Source: Minisyncoccota bacterium
GTDB lineage: Bacteria; Patescibacteriota; Minisyncoccia; Phycocordibacterales; Phycocordibacteraceae
Length of the DNA stretch: 64,000 nt
Assembly: GCA_041658485.1 (NCBI GenBank)
Contig: JBBAAE010000003.1
Span: 10,300 to 74,299, forward strand
Reading direction: 5' to 3'
Part shown: piece after piece, positions 57,405 to 64,000 of the stretch
How positions within the stretch are numbered: the stretch's first letter is position 1
Layout of the letters: every line of letters begins with the position of its first letter
Notes under the pieces: generated by a model
The model's input: the letters and a program-made list of their open reading frames with translations, nothing else
Database searches by the model: none
Told to the model about the DNA's origin: nothing
Program-made: the position numbers and the translations under genes

Positions 57405-57965
57405 ATGAATATTCTTTACATTGTTCTTGCTGTAGTCGCTGTCGTTCTTGCATGGCTTGTTGCCGCATATAACGGCTTTATTAGTTTGAGAAACCGAGCA
57501 AAAGAAGCGTGGTCTGACATTGAGGTACAGATGAAGCGTCGTTATGACCTCATTCCAAACCTTATTGAAACAGTAAAGGGCTACGCGACACATGAAAAGC
57601 AGGCATTTGAAAATGTTTCGAATGCACGCGCTACCGCTATGGGTGCGTCATCTGTTGCTGATCACGCACAGGCAGAAAATATGCTTACAGGAGCATTGAA
57701 GAGCATCTTTGCAATTGCAGAAGCGTATCCAGACTTGAAAGCAAATCAAAACTTCTTGGAATTACAACGCGAACTCTCTGATACTGAAAATAAAGTAATG
57801 GCATCTCGCCGTTTCTACAACACCAATGTTATGAGCTTGAATACTGCTATCGAGCAGTTCCCAGGAAACCTTATTGCGGGCCTATTCAAGTTCACACAAA
57901 TGGAACTCTTTGAGCTTGCCGAAGGCGAACAAGCTGCGAAACAACCTGTCGCAGTGAAATTCTAA
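57405..57965 (+). CDS. lemA: LemA-family protein
   Basis: N-terminal TM then the LemA domain (AYNGFISLRNRAKEAWSDIEVQMKRRYDLIPNLIETVKGY). Confidence 0.85.
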   Translation: MNILYIVLAVVAVVLAWLVAAYNGFISLRNRAKEAWSDIEVQMKRRYDLIPNLIETVKGYATHEKQAFENVSNARATAMGASSVADHAQAENMLTGALKSIFAIAEAYPDLKANQNFLELQRELSDTENKVMASRRFYNTNVMSLNTAIEQFPGNLIAGLFKFTQMELFELAEGEQAAKQPVAVKF

Positions 57966-57980
57966 TCCTCTGTTTCTTAA

Positions 57981-58001
57981 AAGCTGAAAGCTGAAAGCTG
58001 A
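57981..58001. repeat. Tandem heptamer (AAGCTGA)x3, reverse complement of the TCAGCTT pilin-leader unit
   Basis: aagctgaaagctgaaagctga directly after the lemA stop, followed by a ggtcc-cttc-ggacc hairpin. Confidence 0.7.
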
Positions 58002-58037
58002 ATGGTCCCTTCGGACCCGATGAAGCATCGCCTATTC

Positions 58038-58063
58038 GCTAAACCCTAACCACTAAACCCTAG
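58038..58063. repeat. REP-like repeat (CCCTAA units)
   Basis: ctaaaccctaaccactaaaccctagc just upstream of htpX. Confidence 0.55.
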
Positions 58064-58066
58064 CTC

Positions 58067-58954
58067 ATGTCTACTCTCTATCAAGATCAATCTGCAAATA
58101 TTCGAAAAACTTGGCTTCTCATGGGAGTGTTTCTCATTGTGGTCATTGGCATTGGGTGGGGGATTTCTTGGTACTACAACTCCTCGGTGATTCTCTACGT
58201 TGCTGTTGCCTTTGCACTCGTGATGAATGTGGGGAGCTATTGGTTTTCTGACAAAATTGTTCTCTCAATGACGCACGCACGCCCCGCCACTCGTGAGGAA
58301 TTTTTTGACTTTTATACTGTTGCTGAAAACCTTGCTATCACTGCAGGTCTTCCGCTTCCAAAACTTTTTATCATTAATGACCCAGCGCCAAATGCATTTG
58401 CAACTGGTAGAAATGAAAAGCATGCGGTGGTCTGTGCAACGACAGGGCTTTTGGCAATGCTGACTCGGACTGAACTTGAAGGAGTGATAGCTCACGAAAT
58501 GAGTCACATAAAAAATCGCGACATGCTTGTGATGACGGTCGCTGTTGTTCTCGCAGGCTTTATTGCGATTATTGCGGACATGTTTATCCGTATGTCTTTT
58601 TTCGGGGGAGGGAACCGTGATAACGACAGCAAAGCAGGAGTCATTATGCTTGTTTTAGGTATTGTTGCCGCAATCCTTGCACCCATTGCCGCACAGCTCA
58701 TAAAACTCGCCGTATCTCGCAAACGCGAATTTTTAGCGGATGCATCAGGGGCACTTCTTACTCGTTATCCCGAAGGCTTGGCATCAGCCCTGCAGAAAAT
58801 TAGCTCATACGGCGCTCCAATGCGAAATGCAAACACAGCAACAGCACATCTCTTTATTGCAAACCCCTTTGGTGCTGGTGCAATGAAAGGTGTCACTAAA
58901 TTATTTATGACTCATCCCCCCGTAGAGGAGCGAATCAAGGCTTTGCTTGATTGA
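58067..58954 (+). CDS. htpX: Zinc metalloprotease HtpX (M48 family)
   Basis: HEMSHIKNRD (HExxH), 4 TM helices, downstream Glu. Confidence 0.85.
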   Translation: MSTLYQDQSANIRKTWLLMGVFLIVVIGIGWGISWYYNSSVILYVAVAFALVMNVGSYWFSDKIVLSMTHARPATREEFFDFYTVAENLAITAGLPLPKLFIINDPAPNAFATGRNEKHAVVCATTGLLAMLTRTELEGVIAHEMSHIKNRDMLVMTVAVVLAGFIAIIADMFIRMSFFGGGNRDNDSKAGVIMLVLGIVAAILAPIAAQLIKLAVSRKREFLADASGALLTRYPEGLASALQKISSYGAPMRNANTATAHLFIANPFGAGAMKGVTKLFMTHPPVEERIKALLD

Positions 58955-59028
58955 GAGTAGGCGAGTATACGAAAACGGTACAAGAAGTGATTTGATATAT
59001 CAAATCACTTCTTTGCATACATATAGTA

Positions 59029-59184
59029 TTAAAGTTTCACAAGGTGTTTCAAAAATTCCAGACCAGCTCCAGCAACCGCGTGCACACCAACCTCTACACC
59101 TAGGTGCTTTATGGTCTCTACCACCCCAGTTGCTCCTGCCGCACCTGCAGCAACTCCTATGATTTTTGTTTTTTCAAATGCCAT
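59029..59184 (-). CDS. Small Gly/Ala-rich hydrophobic peptide (51 aa)
   Basis: MAFEKTKIIGVAAGAAGATGVVETIKHLGVEVGVHAVAGAGLEFLKHLVKL. Preceded by the conserved upstream motif TGAAAGGTCGATTTTTAT, which is shared with a second small ORF near 59353-59475. Confidence 0.3.
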   Translation of the reverse strand: MAFEKTKIIGVAAGAAGATGVVETIKHLGVEVGVHAVAGAGLEFLKHLVKL

Positions 59185-59308
59185 ATGGGTGAAAGATGAG
59201 GGCTGATAAAAATCGACCTTTCATCTATAAAACTCAAGTTTTCACGCAAAGGTTGCACAAAATCGACTTTGTTGTGCAATAAAAAATTCCCCTAGATGGG
59301 GAATAAGG

Positions 59309-59346
59309 TACACCTAACAAGCGAGTGCACTCGCTTGTTAGGTGTA
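59309..59346. repeat. 38-bp perfect loopless palindrome
   Basis: acacctaacaagcgagtg|cactcgcttgttaggtgt, preceded by a ttcccc-tagat-ggggaa hairpin. Confidence 0.7.
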
Positions 59347-59854
59347 AGGTCGTTATCCAACTTTCTGAGAGCGTCCGAAAAATTCAGCAAGAAGCGCTGC
59401 GCCCTTGCGACCCTCCAAAGACTGTCCCCCGAGTCGTGCACCGAACATTCTTTCTGAGCTAGTTACTTCTGCCATAGAGTTTTAAAATTTATTTTTTTAT
59501 AAAATATCGACCTTTCACTTATATAACTTTTAATACTGGATAGAAGTTACACAAAAGCAACTTGCGGGACATTTTCTCTATGTTGGAAAGAGCTTCTCGT
59601 GCGCCCTTCCGAAATAAGTTCTATTTCGTGAACGATACGCAGTTCAATAAAGAATCTGTCTCGGCGTTTTTTTCGATTTGAGAGCAGTATGTAGGAATGT
59701 CCTGTTGCTTCAGGTACTGATTTTAGTAGTTGTTTTTCTACAGTATTTGGCTTCATGTTTTGCAAGTGCTTTTAGCAAAGCGCTTCCTCTTGTAGTACTC
59801 AGGATTCTGCGTTCAAGTTCCGAATATGGTATATAAAAGAACACAGACCAATAT

Positions 59855-59939
59855 GGAGGCGTCGGATAGCGGTTTATTCCACCACCTTGGAAAGGTGGCG
59901 TACCGAAAGGTACCGAGAGTTCGAATCTCTCCGCCTCCG
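59855..59939 (+). tRNA. tRNA-Ser (anticodon GGA)
   Basis: Acceptor stem GGAGGCG/CGCCTCC, D-arm, anticodon stem CCACC/GGTGG with loop TTGGAAA, long variable arm GTACCGAAAGGTAC, T-arm GAGAG-TTCGAAT-CTCTC, discriminator G. No encoded CCA. Confidence 0.85.
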
Positions 59940-59992
59940 CAAAATAATGAGCCCAATGTGTAAGCATTGGGTAATTATATTTTTGCGTGAAG

Positions 59993-60008
59993 GCGGAGAG
60001 ATTCGAAG
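59993..60008. repeat. Inverted partial copy of the tRNA-Ser T-arm/acceptor region
   Basis: ggcggagagattcgaa is the reverse complement of ttcgaatctctccgcc. Confidence 0.6.
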
Positions 60009-60161
60009 TGAGCATCGGGACCCGAGCCAGCAGGCGAGGGTGATGCGAGGTGGAAGAAACACGAACTGCTTCATGTTTCTTCCGGTTTCGCAAAGCGAAA
60101 ATGGCTTATGCCGTAGGCAAGCCATAGGTGGGCAGGCGGAGACATGAGCGACGGTGAATGT

Positions 60162-60197
60162 CGAGCGCTTAGCCGAATCTCTCCGCCTCCGCAAAAT
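60162..60197. repeat. Direct repeat B, a copy of the tRNA-Ser 3' end (att-like)
   Basis: cgagcgcttagccgaatctctccgcctccgcaaaat. 24 nt are identical to tRNA positions 59922-59945, including the 5 nt past the tRNA end. Confidence 0.8.
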
Positions 60198-60251
60198 GGA
60201 CACCTATCCGTAGAGGGATTATGCGCACTAAATGCTATCCTGTTCCTATAT

Positions 60252-61385
60252 ATGATTCACGTTCAACAGCGATCATGGACTGAAAAGGAGGGCTGGTCTA
60301 CGCCAGATACTGATTTGCCCGAAGAACCCCAACTGGTTTTTGTGTTTGGCGATCGCAACTTTGTGGCGAAGGCTGAGCTCTTTCAGCAAATTCGGCAGTT
60401 TTACCCTAAGGCGTATATATGCACCAGCTCAACGGCTGGAAATATACTTGGTAGCACGGTGAGTGAAGAGTCGGTGACCATCTCTGCCGTGTACTTTGAA
60501 AAAACAAATGTATCATTTGTTCAGACAACAATAATAAATCAATTTGATAGTCAGAATGTCGGAAAGAAACTCGCGGAGTTCCTACCTACCGAAGGGCTCG
60601 TGCATTCCTTTGTTCTCAGCGACGGTTTGTCGGTCAACGGATCAGAAGTGGTTGCGAGCATCAACAAACATTTGCCCACTACAGTGACGGTGACAGGTGG
60701 CCTTGCGGGAGATGGTAGCCGTTTTGCGCAGACGGTGGTGGGATGCAATGTTGTCCCACAAAGCAACCAAGTTGTCCTCGTGGGCTTGTATGGCTCTTCA
60801 CTCCGAGTTGGGTATGCATCTCGTGGTGGATGGACTGCAACCGAAGATGCATACATCGTAACGCGCTCTGAGAATAATGTGCTGTACGAACTCAATAATG
60901 AGCCGGCACTTGATGTATACAAAAAACTCCTCGGTGACGCCACGGCACAACTGCCAAGCTCCGCACTCCTCTTTCCGCTTCAGCTCACACTAAAAGACGA
61001 GGGCACGGTTGTCCGCACCATTCTTGGTGTTGACGAGAAGAGTAAGAGTATGACCTTTGCGGGGAATATTCCGCAAGGCGTTACCGCGCATCTCATGCAT
61101 GCGAGCATTGAAGAGCTTATTGCAAGTGCGCACAAAGCTGGCGAAGAAGCATCAGTGCCTACGGCACCGGTACAGTTTGCACTCTTGGTAAGCTGTGTTG
61201 GTCGGCGTCTCGTTCTCAAAGAAAAAGCTGTTGAAGAGGTACGCGCAGTGCACGACGCGCTTGGTCCGCAAGCAGTGGTGCACGGTTTCTACTCGTACGG
61301 AGAGTTGTGTCCTAGCAAAGAGTCAGGAGTGCGCTGTCTACTTCACAATCAGACGATGACCGTTACTACATTCTCGGAAATGTAA
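60252..61385 (+). CDS. FIST-domain sensor protein (FIST N and C domains)
   Basis: Start taken at ATG 60252 downstream of repeat B. LVFVFGDRNF...YICTSSTAGNI (FIST_N). C-terminal VHGFYSYGEL matches the FIST_C ending GFYSYGEI. Confidence 0.65.
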   Translation: MIHVQQRSWTEKEGWSTPDTDLPEEPQLVFVFGDRNFVAKAELFQQIRQFYPKAYICTSSTAGNILGSTVSEESVTISAVYFEKTNVSFVQTTIINQFDSQNVGKKLAEFLPTEGLVHSFVLSDGLSVNGSEVVASINKHLPTTVTVTGGLAGDGSRFAQTVVGCNVVPQSNQVVLVGLYGSSLRVGYASRGGWTATEDAYIVTRSENNVLYELNNEPALDVYKKLLGDATAQLPSSALLFPLQLTLKDEGTVVRTILGVDEKSKSMTFAGNIPQGVTAHLMHASIEELIASAHKAGEEASVPTAPVQFALLVSCVGRRLVLKEKAVEEVRAVHDALGPQAVVHGFYSYGELCPSKESGVRCLLHNQTMTVTTFSEM

Positions 61386-61394
61386 GGCGAAAAT

Positions 61395-61425
61395 CGAGCG
61401 CTTAGCCGAATCTCTCCGCCTCCGC
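61395..61425. repeat. Direct repeat C, a copy of the tRNA-Ser 3' end
   Basis: cgagcgcttagccgaatctctccgcctccgc matches 30 of 31 nt of repeat B (the first 30 nt of B). Starts 10 bp after the FIST stop. Confidence 0.8.
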
Positions 61426-61556
61426 CGAGATTTTTAACGAGTGCAACGATTATAAAAATCCAAGTGTACTTGCTTCTAGCAAGGTACCACCAAAATTCGG
61501 AATTTAAATTTCCACAAAAATATGGTTGGCGCGAAATCTGAGTTAGAATAGGACAC

Positions 61557-61967
61557 ATGCATCTTGAGTACATCAACGGAATAATTTTTCTGGCATCTCT
61601 CTGTGGTCTTGCGGTTGCAGTGTATATTCGCTATAAGAAAACACGGAAAGAAATACTTGTGTGCCCGATACATTTTAATTGCGAGGATGTAATACATAGT
61701 AAGTATGCAACTGTGCTCGGTGTCCCTATAGAGATTATTGGTCTTTTCTATTATGGATTTCTTGCGCTCATATATGGGACAGCAATAATGATTCCAGAAA
61801 TTATCACCGCCCCGATAGGTACAGGGCTCACTTTTGTCACCTCTCTCGCGATGGTGTTCAGCATATATTTATTATTTGTCCAAGTGATACTGAAGCAGTG
61901 GTGTGCGTGGTGCCTTCTATCTTTCGTATCATCTGTCGTCATTTTTTATTGTGTTGTTTTGGTGTGA
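61557..61967 (+). CDS. VKOR-family protein (vitamin K epoxide reductase-like thiol oxidoreductase)
   Basis: 4 TM helices. Loop Cys pair and VLGVPIEIIG motif (VCPIHFNCEDVIHSKYATVLGVPIEIIG). CxxC in the last TM (QWCAWCLL). Confidence 0.6.
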   Translation: MHLEYINGIIFLASLCGLAVAVYIRYKKTRKEILVCPIHFNCEDVIHSKYATVLGVPIEIIGLFYYGFLALIYGTAIMIPEIITAPIGTGLTFVTSLAMVFSIYLLFVQVILKQWCAWCLLSFVSSVVIFYCVVLV

Positions 61968-61980
61968 GTGAGTCTTCGAA

Positions 61981-62013
61981 CTTAGTTACGAGAGCCGAAT
62001 CTCCGTCTCCGCC
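61981..62013. repeat. Direct repeat D, a degenerate copy of the tRNA-Ser 3' end
   Basis: cttagttacgagagccgaatctccgtctccgcc, compared with tRNA gagagttcgaatctctccgcctccgc. Confidence 0.65.
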
Positions 62014-62075
62014 CGAAGAAAAAAGTATCGAAGATAAATCGGTAACTAGACTCCTAAGCTCTCTCGCTCATATAC

Positions 62076-62522
62076 TCATAAGCTCGAGGCCAGTTTGGTC
62101 AGCCAATCGTGGAGATTTTGCAAAATACCGCCAATAGGCAAGTCGCTCATTTTAATGTTTACCGGAAGAGACTTCTTGATGGGCACGTGTGCCGTCATGT
62201 CTATTGGCACTATAGTATCTATGGGGACTGTGATACTGACCTGTTCGCCGGTGACTGGAATTACGATAGGCACGGTCACTGTGGTTTTAACGGGGATACT
62301 GACTTTAATCGGAATATCAAAGGTTTCGTCAATTGTAACCTGCACGGTGAACGGACCTGTGAGAGACTGCGCCTGCATTTGCTCTACCGCGCTCGCTGCC
62401 TGACCTGCCCCATCGGCAACTTGGTTTTTGACCTGTAGCAGAAGAACGAATAAGACGATATTAGCAATCGACAGAAGCAAAAGAGTACCTAGAACAATCG
62501 GATAGAGTAGTTTATTTTTCAT
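62076..62522 (-). CDS. Hypothetical membrane-anchored extracytoplasmic protein
   Basis: N-terminal TM (LLYPIVLGTLLLLSIANIVLFVLLL), then a Val/Pro/Ile/Thr-rich repetitive domain. Downstream of the ECF sigma factor on the same strand. Confidence 0.4.
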   Translation of the reverse strand: MKNKLLYPIVLGTLLLLSIANIVLFVLLLQVKNQVADGAGQAASAVEQMQAQSLTGPFTVQVTIDETFDIPIKVSIPVKTTVTVPIVIPVTGEQVSITVPIDTIVPIDMTAHVPIKKSLPVNIKMSDLPIGGILQNLHDWLTKLASSL

Positions 62523-62536
62523 GAACGAGTAGCTAC

Positions 62537-62668
62537 TTAGGTTAAAAGATTAACGATAACTAAAATCAATGCGATAACGAGAAGCGTGTGGATTAAGCCA
62601 CCCCCAACTTTGAAATTAAATCCAAGGATCCAAAGAATTATTAAGACGAGTATGAGTGTCCAGAGCAT
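62537..62668 (-). CDS. lmo0937-family small membrane protein (43 aa)
   Basis: MLWTLILVLIILWILGFNFKVGGGLIHTLLVIALILVIVNLLT closely matches the family pattern (MLWTI..lL.lWLLGF...GGGLIH.LLVIA.I.li.nL.t). Below the ORF-track cutoff. Confidence 0.55.
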   Translation of the reverse strand: MLWTLILVLIILWILGFNFKVGGGLIHTLLVIALILVIVNLLT

Positions 62669-62694
62669 ATTTTTTATTTCTTTATATTTATAAT

Positions 62695-63171
62695 TTATTT
62701 AATTCCGTACAGTTCTTTCATTTTTTCTACTCCTCTGTGTACTTGCACCGCGACAGTGTTTTTTGTCTGTCCCGTGATAAGAGATATTTCTTTTAACGAT
62801 AGATCTTGTACGTACCTCATACGCATAACTTTGCGATAGGTTGGAGGGAGTTTTGCAATTAACAAGAGTGCCGCTTTGCCATCCAGTGCATTGAATAGAC
62901 GCTCAGTATTACCAACGCTCGGCTCAAAACCTTTTTCAAGAATGGCATCCAGCGAAGTTGTTTTGTGTTTCCGGTATTCGTCGATAATGAGATTATTGAG
63001 GATGTGATAGAGGAATGCTTTCATCGTATCGATTTTTCCACCTTTCACTAAATACTTCCATGTTTTCATGTAGGTATCCTGGACTAAGTCCTCACCAACG
63101 GCGTGGTCGTGCACTTTGAAAAAGGCATGAGCGTTGAGTGCTTTTTCATGGTCGTGATGTGCCACAGACAA
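62695..63171 (-). CDS. ECF-type sigma-70 family RNA polymerase sigma factor
   Basis: Region 2 (HAVGEDLVQDTYMKTWKYL) and region 4 HTH (RKVMRMRYVQDLSLKEISLITGQTKNTVAVQVHRG). TTG start; the N-terminus may be slightly truncated in this call. Confidence 0.75.
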   Translation of the reverse strand: MSVAHHDHEKALNAHAFFKVHDHAVGEDLVQDTYMKTWKYLVKGGKIDTMKAFLYHILNNLIIDEYRKHKTTSLDAILEKGFEPSVGNTERLFNALDGKAALLLIAKLPPTYRKVMRMRYVQDLSLKEISLITGQTKNTVAVQVHRGVEKMKELYGIK

Positions 63172-63446
63172 GATTTCTTGTCGTTGTTTTTTTGCCGTGG
63201 GGTCATCATACGTAGAGACGAATGCAGAGTTGCTTTATTACATACACATTACAGAGGATAGCTACTGTAGGAAATGTAGCCATATTTTGCAGTTGTATTC
63301 ATGGTAGTTACATGGAACTTTTATTACGCCAGCATTACAAGAGATGGCAAAGCCGAGGGAGATATATATAAAGTATACACATATCAGAGACTGTGTCTCA
63401 CTCCGCCTCCTTGCAATAGTTACTTCATTTAAACGGCTTAGTTGCT

Positions 63447-64000
63447 ATGAGTACAAACACAAAAGATACAACTCGCAGCCTTCAGGCTAGAGATATGTTT
63501 GTTGAACAGGTAGGGGAGGAAGGTTGGGGATACATTAAAACTATTATAGGGATTGTACGAGAGCCAATTTTAGTGCTGGGTAAGGACTTTCGTGTGATTG
63601 TGGCGAATGAGCCTTTTTATCAGACATTTCAAATTGAAGCAAAAGATGCTGAAGGAAAAATTGTCTATGGACTCGGTAACGGTCAGTGGAATATTTCTAC
63701 TCTGCACACACTTCTTGAAGATATTCTACCCGAGAACAAGTTTTTTAAAGGCTATGAGATAGCACATAATTTTCCGTTTATTGGGCATAAAGTCATGATG
63801 GTGAATGCTCGTCAGATTTATTGTAAGGAAGATACTACCTTAGCTCCATGTCCGCCGATCACACTTTTGGCAATGGAGGATGTTACAGAAATTATGGCTG
63901 TTGCTGACACGCTTGCCAAGCATGCGAATCAGGTCGAAGGTGCTCTTGTTGCACGGACCCAAAAGCTTGAATTTCATATAAAAAAATTAGAAGAAGAGAT
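63447..64000 (+). CDS. PAS-domain sensor protein (probable histidine kinase), 3' end outside the window
   Basis: ATG at 63447. PAS fold (ILVLGKDFRVIVANEPFYQTFQIEAKDAEGKIVYGLGNGQWNI) followed by a coiled-coil linker. No stop before the window end. Confidence 0.55.
   Translation, partial: MSTNTKDTTRSLQARDMFVEQVGEEGWGYIKTIIGIVREPILVLGKDFRVIVANEPFYQTFQIEAKDAEGKIVYGLGNGQWNISTLHTLLEDILPENKFFKGYEIAHNFPFIGHKVMMVNARQIYCKEDTTLAPCPPITLLAMEDVTEIMAVADTLAKHANQVEGALVARTQKLEFHIKKLEEE

Noticed and set aside
57132-57468. Overlapping ORFs 57132..57389 (+) and 57238..57468 (-)
   Set aside because: These are mutually exclusive with the basic 50-aa ORF at 57212-57364, and none has decisive evidence. Only noted under the small-ORF finding.
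59710-60203. Minus-strand ORFs 59710..60093 and 59874..60203, and plus-strand 59887..60147
   Set aside because: They overlap the tRNA-Ser gene and the tRNA-derived repeats and have no protein-like features. They are reading-frame shadows of structured RNA/repeat DNA.
60144-60251. The first 36 codons of the track ORF 60144..61385 (MSDGECRALSRISPPPQNGHL...)
   Set aside because: This stretch is the tRNA-derived direct repeat B read in frame. The FIST_N homology begins after the internal ATG at 60252, so the upstream extension is treated as an artefact.
59855-62013. The tRNA-end direct repeats considered as a CRISPR array
   Set aside because: The repeats are copies of a tRNA 3' end, and the intervening segments are 0.2-1.2 kb and gene-bearing, not 30-40-bp spacers. 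No cas genes are present.

Overview
This 64 kb window looks like a compact, gene-dense bacterial chromosome segment with about 45% GC, many ATGA start/stop overlaps and frequent TTG/GTG starts. The gene content (type II glutamine synthetase, archaeal-type PurO, fused PurS-PurL, long-form PurC, a complete Gram-positive-style type IV pilus locus with an embedded response regulator, and many small secreted or membrane proteins) suggests a reduced-genome bacterium, possibly Patescibacteria/CPR-like, but that is a low-confidence inference. Main blocks: (1) the 3' end of glnII, a HAD nucleotidase and a ComF-family gene; (2) a full T4P locus pilM-N-O-(P)-B-REC-T-C-pilA-pilD followed by four minor pilins whose unusually long leaders are encoded by tandem 7-nt repeats; (3) a GIY-YIG gene, a PIF1/RecD-like helicase, and secreted or membrane hypotheticals including a GH18-like protein; (4) a mosaic purine cluster (purSL, a TPMT-like methyltransferase, purQ, purE, arsR, purM, purC and later archaeal-type purO); (5) typA/bipA behind a large nested inverted repeat, a Trx-like/DsbB pair, a VOC protein, and a DEAD-box helicase with an N-terminal RGG tail; (6) an MliC-like protein, a cupredoxin, a LutC-like protein, an ABC exporter and a P-loop kinase; (7) msrA-MFS-msrB, bcp, nth, a mutY-like gene, an MFS transporter, RNase J, an OppA-like SBP, secG, groES-groEL, lemA-htpX; (8) a tRNA-Ser(GGA) followed by three direct copies of the tRNA 3' end that delimit cassette-like segments (a FIST sensor, a VKOR, then a membrane protein, an lmo0937-family protein, an ECF sigma factor and a partial PAS sensor). 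A telomere-like (TTAGGG/CCCTAA-built) REP-like repeat family and several unusually long perfect palindromes sit in intergenic regions. No CRISPR array, transposase or integrase ORF was found. Coordinates for features not in the supplied ORF track were counted by hand and may be off by 1-2 nt.
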